64,000 nucleotides of DNA from Chloroflexota bacterium (GCA_965208315.1 OZ242329.1:704082-768081); one strand, 5' to 3'; counted from the first letter of the stretch, positions 42,891-53,796 are shown. The notes: a model not told the origin generated them from the letters alone. Program-made: numbers and translations.

Positions 42891-44107
42891 CAGAACGTGT
42901 GACTGAGAACCAACCAGCTTCCGCTACTACAGCAGAAAGCTCTCACGGATACAACCCTCAGTATTCGATGGCACCCTTCACCACATTCAGTTCTGTTACG
43001 CCCAAAACAGAATTGGAGGTGCTAAATCTAAACTGGCGGGAACAGGATCTACCGGAGCGTATTAGAACAAAGCATGTTCATCGGCTGCATCCATACTTAG
43101 GAAAATTTGTACCTCAGCTTGCCGAAATATTCTTGCGCAAGTATGAACCTGCCACAGTCTGCGACCCGTTCTGTGGGTCGGGCACGGCACTCGTTGAAGC
43201 AGTGGGTCTAGGGATAAATGCCGCCGGATGTGATATCTCTTCATTTAATACGCTCATGTCGCGGGTAAAAACCGACAAGTATGATCTTCAGCAGCTGGAG
43301 TTCGAGATCGGCGACATTTTAAATAGGGTAGCGTCTACAAAACAGATGCGGCTACTTGAAGAGAAACCATCTTACCATTCTAGTGAGTACTTGAATTCGT
43401 GGTTTGCTCCTCCGGCTTTGAAATCGCTGATAGCTTACCGAGAGTTGATAGAAGACTACCAATATAGTGACGTACTTAGGCTTATCCTTTCTCGGTCTGC
43501 CCGGTCCGCGCGCCTTACGACCCACTTCGATCTCGACTTCCCAAAGTACCCTCAGACTGAGCCATACTACTGCTATAAGCACAGGCGGACATGTAAGCCC
43601 ACCGAAAACTCGGCTCAGTTCCTAAAGAGATACAGCAGGGATACCTTGAAGAGGATTCGTGAGTATTCAGCGGTTCGCAGAGATGTGTCGATTTCAATCA
43701 TCAACGGTGATACCCGAAAGGTGCAATTTCCAGAGTGCGATCTGGTAGTTACTTCCCCACCGTATGTAGGCTTGATTGACTATCATGCCCAGCACAGGTA
43801 CTCCTATGAATTATTGGGACTAGAGTGGAAAGCAAATGAAGAGATTGGAGCGGCAGAAAAAGGGGGCTCTCTTCGGGCTCAGGCGGAGTATGTAGACAGC
43901 ATGGTCGAATCTTTTGAGAACGTTAAGAAGAGCCTTTCAAAGGAAGGGCGTATGGTGGTGATCGTAAATGATAAGCACGGCCTCTACGAAGAAATCCAAG
44001 ATCGAGTCGGCATGCGTCTTGAAGCAAGGCTAGAGCGACACGTGAATAGAAGAACGGGAAGAAGAGCGGGCGATTTCTTTGAAAGTGTTCTAATTTGGAC
44101 AAGCTAA
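42887..44107 (+). CDS. DNA amino-methyltransferase (N6A/N4C), alpha-class
   Basis: DPFCGSGT (motif I) about 200 aa before TSPPY (motif IV). About 46% GC. ATG overlaps the upstream stop (ATGA). Confidence 0.7.
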   Translation: MTERVTENQPASATTAESSHGYNPQYSMAPFTTFSSVTPKTELEVLNLNWREQDLPERIRTKHVHRLHPYLGKFVPQLAEIFLRKYEPATVCDPFCGSGTALVEAVGLGINAAGCDISSFNTLMSRVKTDKYDLQQLEFEIGDILNRVASTKQMRLLEEKPSYHSSEYLNSWFAPPALKSLIAYRELIEDYQYSDVLRLILSRSARSARLTTHFDLDFPKYPQTEPYYCYKHRRTCKPTENSAQFLKRYSRDTLKRIREYSAVRRDVSISIINGDTRKVQFPECDLVVTSPPYVGLIDYHAQHRYSYELLGLEWKANEEIGAAEKGGSLRAQAEYVDSMVESFENVKKSLSKEGRMVVIVNDKHGLYEEIQDRVGMRLEARLERHVNRRTGRRAGDFFESVLIWTS

Positions 44108-44117
44108 GGACTACGAT

Positions 44118-44897
44118 TTGAATCCTGCGACAAAGAACGCAGTCATCAGTATATTGCGAGATTTCGCCACTAGCCAGTTACCGAAACTGACCAAATGGAC
44201 GCTGTCAGATATCGGACAAGCCTACCCTTTCCATCGACTCTTCTTTCCTGATAGAGAGATACTTGCTGCAAGAGTCGAAAGAAGCGTCGTCACATCAATG
44301 GGTACAACGCTCTACCCAAGTCTGGCCGAAGCGATATGTAAAGGACGATTTGATTGTGTACACGTTGAGCACCCCATAGAAGGCATGGTCAATGATGCGG
44401 CGATCAACATGATTGAGCAGATAGTCACCGAACTCCGCACATCTCCTAAGAAGCGTGAGTACCCTCGAAATCCAGACCACGACGCTGAATTGAGTGACAT
44501 ATTAAACTCAAGGGGCGGTGGTCAGGCATCTCGTTCGGTTACCGCCGATCTATACGTAGGAGACTTTGATTGTGGCCCTCTGTTCATTGAGCTAAAGAGC
44601 CCGCTTCCCAATCTCGATGTTGCGGCGGAATCTAAAAGGAAACTCCTTTACTACCTAACTATTATGAATAGGCAAGGGAAGATCAATCCACAAGCTTTCT
44701 TGGGCCTAACGTACAATCCTTTCATTACTCGAGAGCAATACGGGCACTCCTACACTAAGCAAATCATGGACATGCGTAAGCAGGTCCTGATTGGTAGCGA
44801 ACTATGGGACTACTTAGGTGGTCCCGGAACCTATTCCGAGTTGTTGGCACTAATTGAGCAAGTCCGGCAGGAATTACCGGGTCTTGCAAACCTATAG
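44118..44897 (+). CDS. putative type II restriction endonuclease, PD-(D/E)xK fold
   Basis: ADLYVGD...FIELK D/ExK core. Low GC, same orientation, 10 bp after the MTase. TTG start. Confidence 0.5.
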   Translation: MNPATKNAVISILRDFATSQLPKLTKWTLSDIGQAYPFHRLFFPDREILAARVERSVVTSMGTTLYPSLAEAICKGRFDCVHVEHPIEGMVNDAAINMIEQIVTELRTSPKKREYPRNPDHDAELSDILNSRGGGQASRSVTADLYVGDFDCGPLFIELKSPLPNLDVAAESKRKLLYYLTIMNRQGKINPQAFLGLTYNPFITREQYGHSYTKQIMDMRKQVLIGSELWDYLGGPGTYSELLALIEQVRQELPGLANL

Positions 44898-45013
44898 CTT
44901 CACTCATTCCTAGGTTTGCCAACGCTCGAATTCTACTGTTTTCATATTGCTTGACCCAGCATCCAATCGCTCTGTTAAAAGTGCATAGACGCTTCTATGA
45001 TTGGAGAAAGCCT

Positions 45014-46513
45014 GTGAAGGCATCGATTCGCTTGGACCTCGACCACCACGTTGGTGATATTGATCGGCGCATTTTCAGTGGGTTTGTAGAACACTTGGGC
45101 CGGGCAGTATACGAGGGGATCTTCGATCCGGCGAGTCCACTGAGCGATGCTAATGGCTTTCGCACGGACGTGGGCAAAGCGCTGCGAAAGCTGGGCATGC
45201 GTTTCATGCGGTATCCCGGCGGCAACTTTGTCAGCAACTACGACTGGCGCGATGGTGTAGGGCCGCTAGCAGAGCGTCCCGTGCGGGCGGACTTCGCATG
45301 GAAGAGCATCGAGCCGAACACGTTTGGGGTTGACGAATTCGTAAATTGGTGCCGCTGGATGGACATTGAGCCCATGATGGCGGTCAACCTTGGCACGCTG
45401 GGGCCGCGTGAAGCCGCAGAACTCGTCGAATATTGCAACTTTCCCGGTGGCACACACTGGTCCGATGCGAGACGACAGAACAGCAGCTCAAACCCACACG
45501 GCATCAACCTTTGGTGCCTGGGCAACGAGATGGACGGCCCGTGGCAGGCCGGCAACTGCACGGCCGCGGAATATGCGGCGAGAGCACAACAGGCGGGCCG
45601 CCTCATGAAGGGTATCGACTCATCCATAGAATTGGTTGCGTGCGGCTCCACCGGTCGTTACATGGATACCTACTTGGAATGGGACCGCGTTGTACTGGAG
45701 ACCTGCTGGGACGACGTTGACTACATATCTGCCCACCGGTACAGCCGCAATTCCCAGGATGATAGCGCGTGGTTCCTGGCTGAAGGCGTGGAAATAGACC
45801 GGGTCTTGAGCGATTACGCCGGTCTGCTGGCCTATGTGCGCGGCGTCAAGAGAAGCGACAAAAAGGTCTACGTTTCTTTCGATGAGTGGAATGTCTGGTA
45901 CAAGGACCGCATGATAGATGGCGCGTGGTCACGGGCGCCGCACCTGCTCGAAGAAATTTACAATCTTGAGGATGCGCTGGTCTGCGCGCAGTTCTTAAAT
46001 AGCTTTCTGCGCCACGCCGATATCGTGAAGATTGCGTGCCTTGCGCAAATCGTCAACGTCATCGCACCCATTCTTACAAAGCCCGACGGCATGCTCATTC
46101 AGAGCATCTACTATCCGTTCCAGCTCTTTTCACAGCATGCAAGCGGGGTATCGCTTAGACCGATTGTGGATGGTCCGACGCATACTGCCGGTGTCAGAGG
46201 TGAGGTGCCAATGTTGGACGTTTCAGCAAGCTATGACCCTCAATGTGAATCCATAAGTGTGTTCGTTGTCAACAGAAGCCTCACGGAGGATATTGAAGCT
46301 CAGGTTTCAGTGGGTGGTCTGCGAGCAAAGCCGGACATAGAGACCATCATGCTCACTGGCGACGACCCCAAGGCTCACAACACGTGGGAAAGACCGGACG
46401 TAATCAGTCCTAATTCTGGCACCGCTACCAGAGGCGCGAACGGTCAAGTGTTCCTGAAAGTGCCGTCGCTTGGGCTGACTGTTGCCCGCGTGCAGCTAGA
46501 ACAGCGGGACTAG
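45014..46513 (+). CDS. alpha-L-arabinofuranosidase, GH51
   Basis: FSGFVEHLGRAVYEGIF, RYPGGNFVSNYDW, GNEMDG and C-terminal beta-sandwich. GTG 45014 after GGAGAAAG. Confidence 0.75.
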   Translation: MKASIRLDLDHHVGDIDRRIFSGFVEHLGRAVYEGIFDPASPLSDANGFRTDVGKALRKLGMRFMRYPGGNFVSNYDWRDGVGPLAERPVRADFAWKSIEPNTFGVDEFVNWCRWMDIEPMMAVNLGTLGPREAAELVEYCNFPGGTHWSDARRQNSSSNPHGINLWCLGNEMDGPWQAGNCTAAEYAARAQQAGRLMKGIDSSIELVACGSTGRYMDTYLEWDRVVLETCWDDVDYISAHRYSRNSQDDSAWFLAEGVEIDRVLSDYAGLLAYVRGVKRSDKKVYVSFDEWNVWYKDRMIDGAWSRAPHLLEEIYNLEDALVCAQFLNSFLRHADIVKIACLAQIVNVIAPILTKPDGMLIQSIYYPFQLFSQHASGVSLRPIVDGPTHTAGVRGEVPMLDVSASYDPQCESISVFVVNRSLTEDIEAQVSVGGLRAKPDIETIMLTGDDPKAHNTWERPDVISPNSGTATRGANGQVFLKVPSLGLTVARVQLEQRD

Positions 46514-46613
46514 CTGCACATACATGAGCGCTACTTTAACGCAGTGGCCTTCAGTACTCTGGCTTAAACGCGGATATCGGGATTCTTCTAGCCCTCTTGA
46601 TTCGATAGCGAGA

Positions 46614-48422
46614 TTACTCTCGATACCACGATGCCTGTTTGCTGTAGAGATCGGCGTACGTGCCGCCCTGAGCCATGAGTTCTGCGTGGCTTCCCTCTTC
46701 AGCAATCGCGCCGTCTTCCAGCACGATTATGCGGTCAGCCATGCGGACTGTTGAAAAACGGTGGCTGATCAGGATCGTGCTGCGGCCCTGGGTGAGTTCT
46801 CTGAACTTCTGATAGACTTCGTACTCTGCCTGTACATCGAGTGCGGCCGTGGGCTCATCCAGAATGAGAATTTGAGCGTCCCGGAAGAATGCGCGCGCCA
46901 GTGCCAACTTCTGCCACTCGCCGATTGAGAGTTCCGCCCCTTCCTCAAACTCTCTTCCCAGTTGATTATCGTAGCCCTTTGGCAGCCGGGCAATCACTTC
47001 ATCGGCGCCGCCCTGCTCAGCGGCTTGAACTATTGCTGATCGGTCATCCATGCGTGCCAGGTTGGCAATGCTGATATTCTGTGCCGCCGTGAGATGAAAA
47101 CGGGCATAGTCCTGAAAAATTGCAGTGATATTCTCGCGTAGGTTTCCTAGGTCATGCTCCCGCAAATCAGTGCCGTCCAAGAGAATAGCCCCTTGTGCAG
47201 GGTCGTAGAGGCGGCAAAGTAGCTTGACCAGCGTGGTCTTGCCAGCCCCGTTGTGCCCCACCAAGGCGACACTCTCTCCCTGTCCCACGCGAAAACTCAC
47301 ATTTTCCAGCACCTTCCGCTCTGTGCCCGGATATGTGAATGAGACATTCCTTACCTCAATCCCTTTGCGCAGCGGCTTTGGCACGCGTTTGCCCACGCCC
47401 TCCGAAACGGGCATTTGCGGCTCTAGGTCCAGAAAGTCCAGGAGATGAGAGACATGAAGTTGACACGTATGCACGGTGCCAGCGGTTTGTAACAGCCGGT
47501 AAAACGTCTGCTGCACTAGGAAGATGACCCCAACATAGAGCACGAGGTTGCCGGGCTCGATTTCTCCAAGAGCTGCTCGCCACACCGTGTAAATAAGGAC
47601 GGCTCCCGCCGTTGCCGGGGATATCAAAGTGAGCAGTGTTACAATTCTTGCCTGGCGGCGGCGGAAACTCTGCACGAGCTTGTAGGACTGCTGGAACAGC
47701 TCCCGATATGAATCGATAAAGAACCCGCCAAGTCCAAAGAGACGAACTTCCTTGGCCGCGTCCTGGGTGGTGAGCACCTGCGCGTAGTAGTCCAGCTTGC
47801 GCTGGTAGGGTGCCTGCGAGCGAAACACGGTTGTACTCTCCACTCCCGTTCTCAAGTACGCAAGGTAGGATGGAATGGTAGCGAGAAACACAACGACTGC
47901 GGCTAAGGGGTGCAGTTGCGAAAGAGTGCCAAACAGCAATACCACCACCACGATGTAGGCCAGCATATTCTTTGTCGCCATAAAGAGCCGCTGCGCCCAC
48001 GTGTCGGTTGCCTGCCGTGCGGTCTGCAACTGGTCGTAGAACTTAGATGACTCAAATAGCGTTAGGTCCTGGATAGATACTGCCTTCTCCATGAGTCTCA
48101 TCTGCAAGGCGAACTGCAAGCGATCAATCTGACCGGGTGTGACGATTTCATATGCCCACGAGGATAGATAGCTACTCAAACGGTATATGACAAGCAGCAA
48201 TGCCACGAGAATTGCCATTTCTACCTGTTGGGCGATTACGGCGTCTACCAGGAACTTCATAAACCATACGCTGAGTGGTTCGAGCGTGGCCATGAGGAGG
48301 TCGAGCACTATCTCCACGGCGGTGTGGCCGGGTGCAGCGGCAATGAACAGCCGCATGCTCGGCACGATGCGACCGTACTCCCCGAGGAAACTCTTTAGTT
48401 GTTCACGATTGATTTTCAGCAT
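46614..48422 (-). CDS. ABC exporter, fused permease/ATPase (MsbA-like)
   Basis: Six TM segments then GHNGAGKTT, LSIGEWQK, ILILDEPTAALD. Confidence 0.8.
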   Translation of the reverse strand: MLKINREQLKSFLGEYGRIVPSMRLFIAAAPGHTAVEIVLDLLMATLEPLSVWFMKFLVDAVIAQQVEMAILVALLLVIYRLSSYLSSWAYEIVTPGQIDRLQFALQMRLMEKAVSIQDLTLFESSKFYDQLQTARQATDTWAQRLFMATKNMLAYIVVVVLLFGTLSQLHPLAAVVVFLATIPSYLAYLRTGVESTTVFRSQAPYQRKLDYYAQVLTTQDAAKEVRLFGLGGFFIDSYRELFQQSYKLVQSFRRRQARIVTLLTLISPATAGAVLIYTVWRAALGEIEPGNLVLYVGVIFLVQQTFYRLLQTAGTVHTCQLHVSHLLDFLDLEPQMPVSEGVGKRVPKPLRKGIEVRNVSFTYPGTERKVLENVSFRVGQGESVALVGHNGAGKTTLVKLLCRLYDPAQGAILLDGTDLREHDLGNLRENITAIFQDYARFHLTAAQNISIANLARMDDRSAIVQAAEQGGADEVIARLPKGYDNQLGREFEEGAELSIGEWQKLALARAFFRDAQILILDEPTAALDVQAEYEVYQKFRELTQGRSTILISHRFSTVRMADRIIVLEDGAIAEEGSHAELMAQGGTYADLYSKQASWYRE

Positions 48423-48671
48423 AGCCGTTTACTGTTTCGGAAAGTGAACGAGAATACACTTAACATAAGTATAAGAACAAGGATATGTTAAGCCAACGCT
48501 TAGATCGAGCGAGGATTGAGATCCTTGGCTTTTGACTTGGCACCGGCGCCATGTGAAGCTACGGTCGTGCTCTCACCCACCCAACGACGAGAGCGTGGCG
48601 CTTGCCAATCCCCGCCTTCTCATGATACAGAAGGAGTGCGAGTTTGCAACGAACCGCAAATTGAGGACACG

Positions 48672-49046
48672 ATGACAAGACGAATACGCATCCGCTGCGG
48701 CGATGTGGAAGCAGCGGCGACGCTCAATGACTCAAGCACCGCCCAGGCGATTTGGGAAGCGCTGCCCATCGAAGGCGACGCCAACGTCTGGGGTGATGAA
48801 ATCTACTTCCGCATCCCCGTGTCGCTTGCAGAAGACGATGCTCAAGAAGTGGTCGAGCTTGGCGATCTTGGATATTGGCCGCCGGGCAATGCCTTCTGTA
48901 TCTTCTACGGGCCGACGCCCATGAGCCGCGGCAGCGAGATTCGGCCTGCTTCGCCGGTAAACGTCTTCGGCCGCATAGAAGGTGATCCATTGGTTTTCAA
49001 AGGCGCAACGAGCGGCGCGACAATCATAATCGAGCGCATTGAATAG
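48672..49046 (+). CDS. cyclophilin-like fold hypothetical protein
   Basis: 124 aa. IRIRCGDVEAAATLNDSSTAQAIWEALP pattern. Start taken at ATG 48672 rather than track start 48516. Confidence 0.35.
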   Translation: MTRRIRIRCGDVEAAATLNDSSTAQAIWEALPIEGDANVWGDEIYFRIPVSLAEDDAQEVVELGDLGYWPPGNAFCIFYGPTPMSRGSEIRPASPVNVFGRIEGDPLVFKGATSGATIIIERIE

Positions 49047-49096
49047 GCGCAGAGATTCTTTGTGGAATGAGTGCATGAGCATCAGGAGTAGTCGGC

Positions 49097-49930
49097 ATGG
49101 CGTATGCATTGGAAGATGAATTTGGCGACATCATCGGTAAGGCGCGGCGGGGACTGGGGTTGAGTGTAGCCGCTGTGGCTGATCAGGTTGGTGTCAGCGC
49201 GGGCGACATTGAAAAGATGGAGAGCTATGAACTTACGCCGGATCAGGCGGGCATTGGCCGTCTTGCGTGCGTTTTGGGCCTGGACAGCGACCGCCTCGGC
49301 GCCATTGCGCGCGAAGAGTGGGAGCCGAAACCCTGCGACTTTGCAGCCGCCGAAAGTGTCGGTATAGAACGCTTCCTCGTCGAGGAATACAACGCGAATG
49401 TTTACTTGCTGGTCAACAGAGACACCAATACCGCGCTACTCATAGATGCCGGCGGCCTCGGTGACGAGGTCGTGCGCCATGTCCAGCAGACCGGCTTGCG
49501 CTTGCTGGCCGTCCTGATTACCCACGGGCACAGCGACCATACGGACTGGGTAAGCGCCATTCGCAGCAAGACCGGAGCAGACGCCTACGTGCATGCTGCC
49601 GACATAGCCATTAACCAGCGCAAGCTGGGGGCCGACGTGAACTCGCTGCAAGGGGGCGAAACCTTGGAGTTCGAAGGTTTCAGCGTGAATGTGGTGCCGA
49701 CTCCCGGTCACACGGCGGGGAGCGTCATGTACGTGATCGGAGCTGCCGCTTTTCTCGGCGACACTTTGTTTGCCGGTTCAATGGGACGGTGCAGTCTTAG
49801 CTATACCAATATGCTGGAGACTATACGCGAGCAGATTCTCGCATTGCCCGCTGCTACAAAGTTGCTGCCGGGACACGGTCCGGCAACGACCGTACAGGAA
49901 GAGCGCGCGCATAACCCCTTCCATGGCTGA
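49097..49930 (+). CDS. XRE-type HTH domain fused to MBL-fold hydrolase (glyoxalase II-like)
   Basis: N-terminal LGLSVAAVADQVGVSAGDIEKME. THGHSDH and TPGHTAGS motifs. Confidence 0.6.
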   Translation: MAYALEDEFGDIIGKARRGLGLSVAAVADQVGVSAGDIEKMESYELTPDQAGIGRLACVLGLDSDRLGAIAREEWEPKPCDFAAAESVGIERFLVEEYNANVYLLVNRDTNTALLIDAGGLGDEVVRHVQQTGLRLLAVLITHGHSDHTDWVSAIRSKTGADAYVHAADIAINQRKLGADVNSLQGGETLEFEGFSVNVVPTPGHTAGSVMYVIGAAAFLGDTLFAGSMGRCSLSYTNMLETIREQILALPAATKLLPGHGPATTVQEERAHNPFHG

Positions 49931-50288
49931 ATCGGCTGGGGGGTGTCCCAACAGCATTGGGCATTGAGCTGGCCAATACTACAACCACCGTTAAATCTCT
50001 ATGTGGAGGCGGAGGGTGCCAATCCGCCTGACCGGCGCGGCCCGAGGGTTGTGTCAGTCTCGACGATGGGATAGCGGCAACTCTCTCCATGTGCCGGCTC
50101 GCAGGCGTGTACGGAAACACGAGCTGTCTCATGGCTTATTGGCCCCTGCACGAGCGATCCGCCAATAATCCCGTAATGTAGGCTCCCGTACAAAACCAAA
50201 TCACAGTGGGTGCTATGCTCAAAATAGGAAAACTCATGCAAGTCAGGGCAGTGCGAATCTCTGCCTGCCACAAAATGGAAGGGGCCGC

Positions 50289-51053
50289 ATGAGGAACATC
50301 CAGGCATCCACGCGCAGGACGAACCTGCGTCCACACCGTCAGGACAACGGTCGGCTGGCTCTCTACAGCCATACCCTTTCCTGCATCTCCAAGTTAGAGA
50401 TCTTTGCGGAGCTCTTGCCCCACGAAATCAGCGAGATCGATCATGCGAGCGCGACCGTAAAGATCGGCAAGGGCGGAGTGATCTACGCGCAGGAAGAGAG
50501 CCGCGAGGTGCTCTTTCTCATCAAAGAAGGCCGTGTCCAGCTCTACCGCATTTCGTTTGAAGGGCGCAAGCTTGTGCTGGCTATGCTCGGGCCGGATATG
50601 TTCTTTGGCGAGATGCCGCTCTTTGGGCAGGCTATGGGTGATTCGGTGGCTCAAGCCGTGGACGACACGACGCTATGCACGCTCGGACGTGCCGAAGTGG
50701 AGCGAATTCTGGTGACTTATCCCCGGATCGGCCTGCGCCTTATTCAGGTGCTCAACGAGCGGCTTCAGGATGCTGAGGAGCGCCTGCATGAGAGCGCGTT
50801 CATGACGATGCCTGCCCGCACTGCCGCGCTGATCTTGCGCCTCGCGGAGGATTCCGATGAAGTGCACGGCCTTACCCACCAGGACTTGGCGGACATGCTC
50901 GGTGTCTATCGTGAAACCGTGACTGCGACACTGGACAAGCTGAAGCATGACGATCTGCTGGAGATCGGCCGCAAGCGGATTACATTGACCAATCGCTCCG
51001 CTCTCGAAGACCTCGTACAGGGTTCTGCAAGCACCCCATTGCAAGGAGAGTAA
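50289..51053 (+). CDS. Crp/Fnr family transcriptional regulator
   Basis: cNMP-binding beta-barrel and C-terminal HTH LTHQDLADMLGVYRETVT. Confidence 0.65.
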   Translation: MRNIQASTRRTNLRPHRQDNGRLALYSHTLSCISKLEIFAELLPHEISEIDHASATVKIGKGGVIYAQEESREVLFLIKEGRVQLYRISFEGRKLVLAMLGPDMFFGEMPLFGQAMGDSVAQAVDDTTLCTLGRAEVERILVTYPRIGLRLIQVLNERLQDAEERLHESAFMTMPARTAALILRLAEDSDEVHGLTHQDLADMLGVYRETVTATLDKLKHDDLLEIGRKRITLTNRSALEDLVQGSASTPLQGE

Positions 51054-51058
51054 CTCGC

Positions 51059-52279
51059 ATGAAGCGACCGACACGCAAACTCATGAGTCGCCGCAACATT
51101 CTGCTGGCTGCCGGCACCGCCACGGCGGCAATCGTAGCGGTAGCAGCCTGCGGACAGATGCCGGAGGAAGCACCCGAAGAGAAAGCTGAACCCGCCGCCA
51201 CATCGCAAGCGGAAGCGGCGCAGCCCACTCCTTCGCCTGATCTGCCTCCTAACGTTCAGTTCTCCACTTTTGGCTGGAAGACAGACTTCTCCAAGCACAG
51301 TGTGCCGTTGGACGAAATCAGCTCCGGTGGACCTGGAAAAGACGGCATTCCATCCATTGACTTTCCGCAATTTAACTCAGTCGACAAGGCATTCTATGCC
51401 GACACGGAACCCGTTGTAGTGGTGGAGGTGAATGGCGAAGCGAAGGCGTATCCCATTGAAATCCTGATCTGGCACGAAATCGTGAATGACACTCTCGGCG
51501 GCGTGCCGGTAACGGTGACGTTTTGCCCGCTGTGCAATACCGCCATCGCATTCGATCGACGCCTCGACGGCATTGTCTATGACTTTGGCGTGAGCGGCAA
51601 CCTGCGCTATAGCGACCTCATCATGTACGACCGCCAAACCGAGAGTTGGTGGCAGCAGATTACGGGAACAGCCATTGTAGGCGAACTCACCGGCAAAAAA
51701 CTCACTTCGATCCCGGCGTCTATCGTCTCTTTTGCAGACTTTCAAAGCACCTACCCGAAAGGCCTGGTGCTCTCAAGCGAGACCGGCTATATGCGGCCCT
51801 ATGGCAGCAATCCATATCCCGGCTACGACAACATTTCCCGCTCTCCTTTTCTGTTCTTCGAGCCTGTTGACAGACGCCTGCCTGCCATGGAGCGGGTGGT
51901 GACGGTATCACTGAATGGTGAGGACGCCGCTTATCCCTTCAACGTGCTGGCGGAACAGAAGGTGGTGGAAGATTCCGTCGGCGGAGAGCCAATTGTGGTC
52001 TTTCATCAACCTGGCGTGGATTCTCCCTTCTCTGCCACGGACATTGGCGCCGCCGGTGTTTTTGCACCCACCCTCGACGGCACAACCCTGAAGTTTAAAG
52101 TGAACGACGACGGGACAATCGTGGATACCGAGACGCAGTCGCAGTGGAACGTCCTCGGCCGCGCTATTGCCGGTCCCCTGGAGGGCAAGCAGCTCCAATC
52201 TATCGTGAACGGCAACCACTTTTGGTTCGCTTGGGCGGTGTTCAAGCCTGAAACGCGAGTCTTTGGCCTATCCGAGTAA
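51059..52279 (+). CDS. lipoprotein, DUF3179-like
   Basis: Lipobox AVAACG. TFCPLCNTAIAFDRR block. Confidence 0.4.
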   Translation: MKRPTRKLMSRRNILLAAGTATAAIVAVAACGQMPEEAPEEKAEPAATSQAEAAQPTPSPDLPPNVQFSTFGWKTDFSKHSVPLDEISSGGPGKDGIPSIDFPQFNSVDKAFYADTEPVVVVEVNGEAKAYPIEILIWHEIVNDTLGGVPVTVTFCPLCNTAIAFDRRLDGIVYDFGVSGNLRYSDLIMYDRQTESWWQQITGTAIVGELTGKKLTSIPASIVSFADFQSTYPKGLVLSSETGYMRPYGSNPYPGYDNISRSPFLFFEPVDRRLPAMERVVTVSLNGEDAAYPFNVLAEQKVVEDSVGGEPIVVFHQPGVDSPFSATDIGAAGVFAPTLDGTTLKFKVNDDGTIVDTETQSQWNVLGRAIAGPLEGKQLQSIVNGNHFWFAWAVFKPETRVFGLSE

Positions 52280-52373
52280 ACTACTCCCAATGGCATGCTA
52301 TGAGTAGTTAGTTGGTGGCAAAGCCGGCACGAAGCCATCGTTAGCGTTTCGAATGGCGGCGCATCATCCTCGG

Positions 52374-53507
52374 TCAATCTCGGTAACCTTCAAAACGAGT
52401 CGGATCCCAATGGGAGATTGAGCGGGAAGTCCGGCCGGTGGTTACGAGATCCCTGATGATTTCGGCGGTGATGGGCGCCTGCTGGATGCCCAGCTTATAG
52501 TGGCCGACTGCGTAGAAGTAGCCAGGGAGCGCAGAGGGCCCGACGAGTGGATAGCCATCGGGGCTAAAGGGGCGGAAACCAGACCAGAGTTCTTCGATGC
52601 TCCCTTCGGCTAGTGCCGGGATAGCTTGAATCGCGGCCTGAAGCATCCCCTGAATTGCTCCTGCGGTGTTACGCCTGTCGTATCCGACCTTTTCGCTCGT
52701 CGCACCCAAGACGATGCGCCCGCTCTTGCGGGGGATGATAATGAACTGCGGCAGGTTTATGAGGTGGGTGAGCGCGACGGAGTCCGCGCGCAAAGAGAGC
52801 ATCTGGCCGCGCTCTGGTTGCACCGGAATGTGCTCTGGCGCTCCCCGCAGAGTGCCGCCCCAACTGCCGGTTGCATTGACTACTGTGCCCGCACTGTATT
52901 CTTGGTTCGCAGTGCGCACACCGGTGACCTTGCCCTCTTCGACTTGCAGCCCTTGGACGTCACAGCCGGTAATGACGTCAACACCCGCCTTGCGCGCGCC
53001 TACATCCAGTGCACGCAGTAGACGCCGGTTCTCAATATTTGCGCATGACGTGACCATGCCGAGTCTCACCGGGAGTGTGACCTCAGGCTGGCGTTTCCGC
53101 ACTTCCCCAGGGGCAATGAACTCGCATCCAAGGTTGGCCCCTTCTAACTGGGGTTGCAGCGCGCGCATGTTGGACTCATCATCCGCAGTAAGGGCGAGGT
53201 GTAGTGCCGGATGGCGCACTGCCTCTATGTCGATGCCAGTCTCTTCCACCAGTACGGGCGCCAAGGCCAACAGCATTTCGCTGCCCTCCACACGCAGGGA
53301 AAAGTCGGCAATGCTCTCGTAGGGATAGGGTCGGCTCATGAGCACACCGGCGGACGCCCACGACGCTTCTTTGCCCACCTCGCTGCGTTCGAGCAGCGCC
53401 ACGGAAAGGCCGGCATTGCGCACGGCGCGCGCGATCATGAGTCCGATGATACCTGCGCCAACGATTACAACATCATAGGTTTTCATGCCGGCATTTAGTC
53501 CCCTCAT
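52374..53507 (-). CDS. FAD-dependent oxidoreductase (glycine oxidase ThiO / DAO family)
   Basis: YDVVIVGAGIIG Rossmann motif. 377 aa. Confidence 0.6.
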   Translation of the reverse strand: MRGLNAGMKTYDVVIVGAGIIGLMIARAVRNAGLSVALLERSEVGKEASWASAGVLMSRPYPYESIADFSLRVEGSEMLLALAPVLVEETGIDIEAVRHPALHLALTADDESNMRALQPQLEGANLGCEFIAPGEVRKRQPEVTLPVRLGMVTSCANIENRRLLRALDVGARKAGVDVITGCDVQGLQVEEGKVTGVRTANQEYSAGTVVNATGSWGGTLRGAPEHIPVQPERGQMLSLRADSVALTHLINLPQFIIIPRKSGRIVLGATSEKVGYDRRNTAGAIQGMLQAAIQAIPALAEGSIEELWSGFRPFSPDGYPLVGPSALPGYFYAVGHYKLGIQQAPITAEIIRDLVTTGRTSRSISHWDPTRFEGYRD

Positions 53508-53796
53508 GCAAAGCCAACTGCGGCGCTGGGTGCTCTGGCTTTCAATTCTACTCTAATCGTGCTGGTGATTATCGCTCTCGCAGACTTGCTTTTGCGTCAG
53601 CGTCCAGGACCGCAAAGCAGCTACACAAAGTCTCTTCACGGCTTACGACCCAAGCCGTCTAAAGGTGTGAGTTGCTTTAGCCCCCTAGTTGAACCTGCAT
53701 CAATCCACTCGGTCTGATTGTGGCATAATCGAACGTGCCGCAACGCGGGTTGCCGCCCACTCATGACATTTGGGAGCGAATGCCAAGAGATTTGTC

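Noticed and set aside
49930-50288. Possible riboswitch in the 360-bp leader upstream of the Crp/Fnr gene
   Set aside because: No recognisable conserved riboswitch core (TPP, SAM, B12, glycine or c-di-AMP). Only generic GC hairpins.
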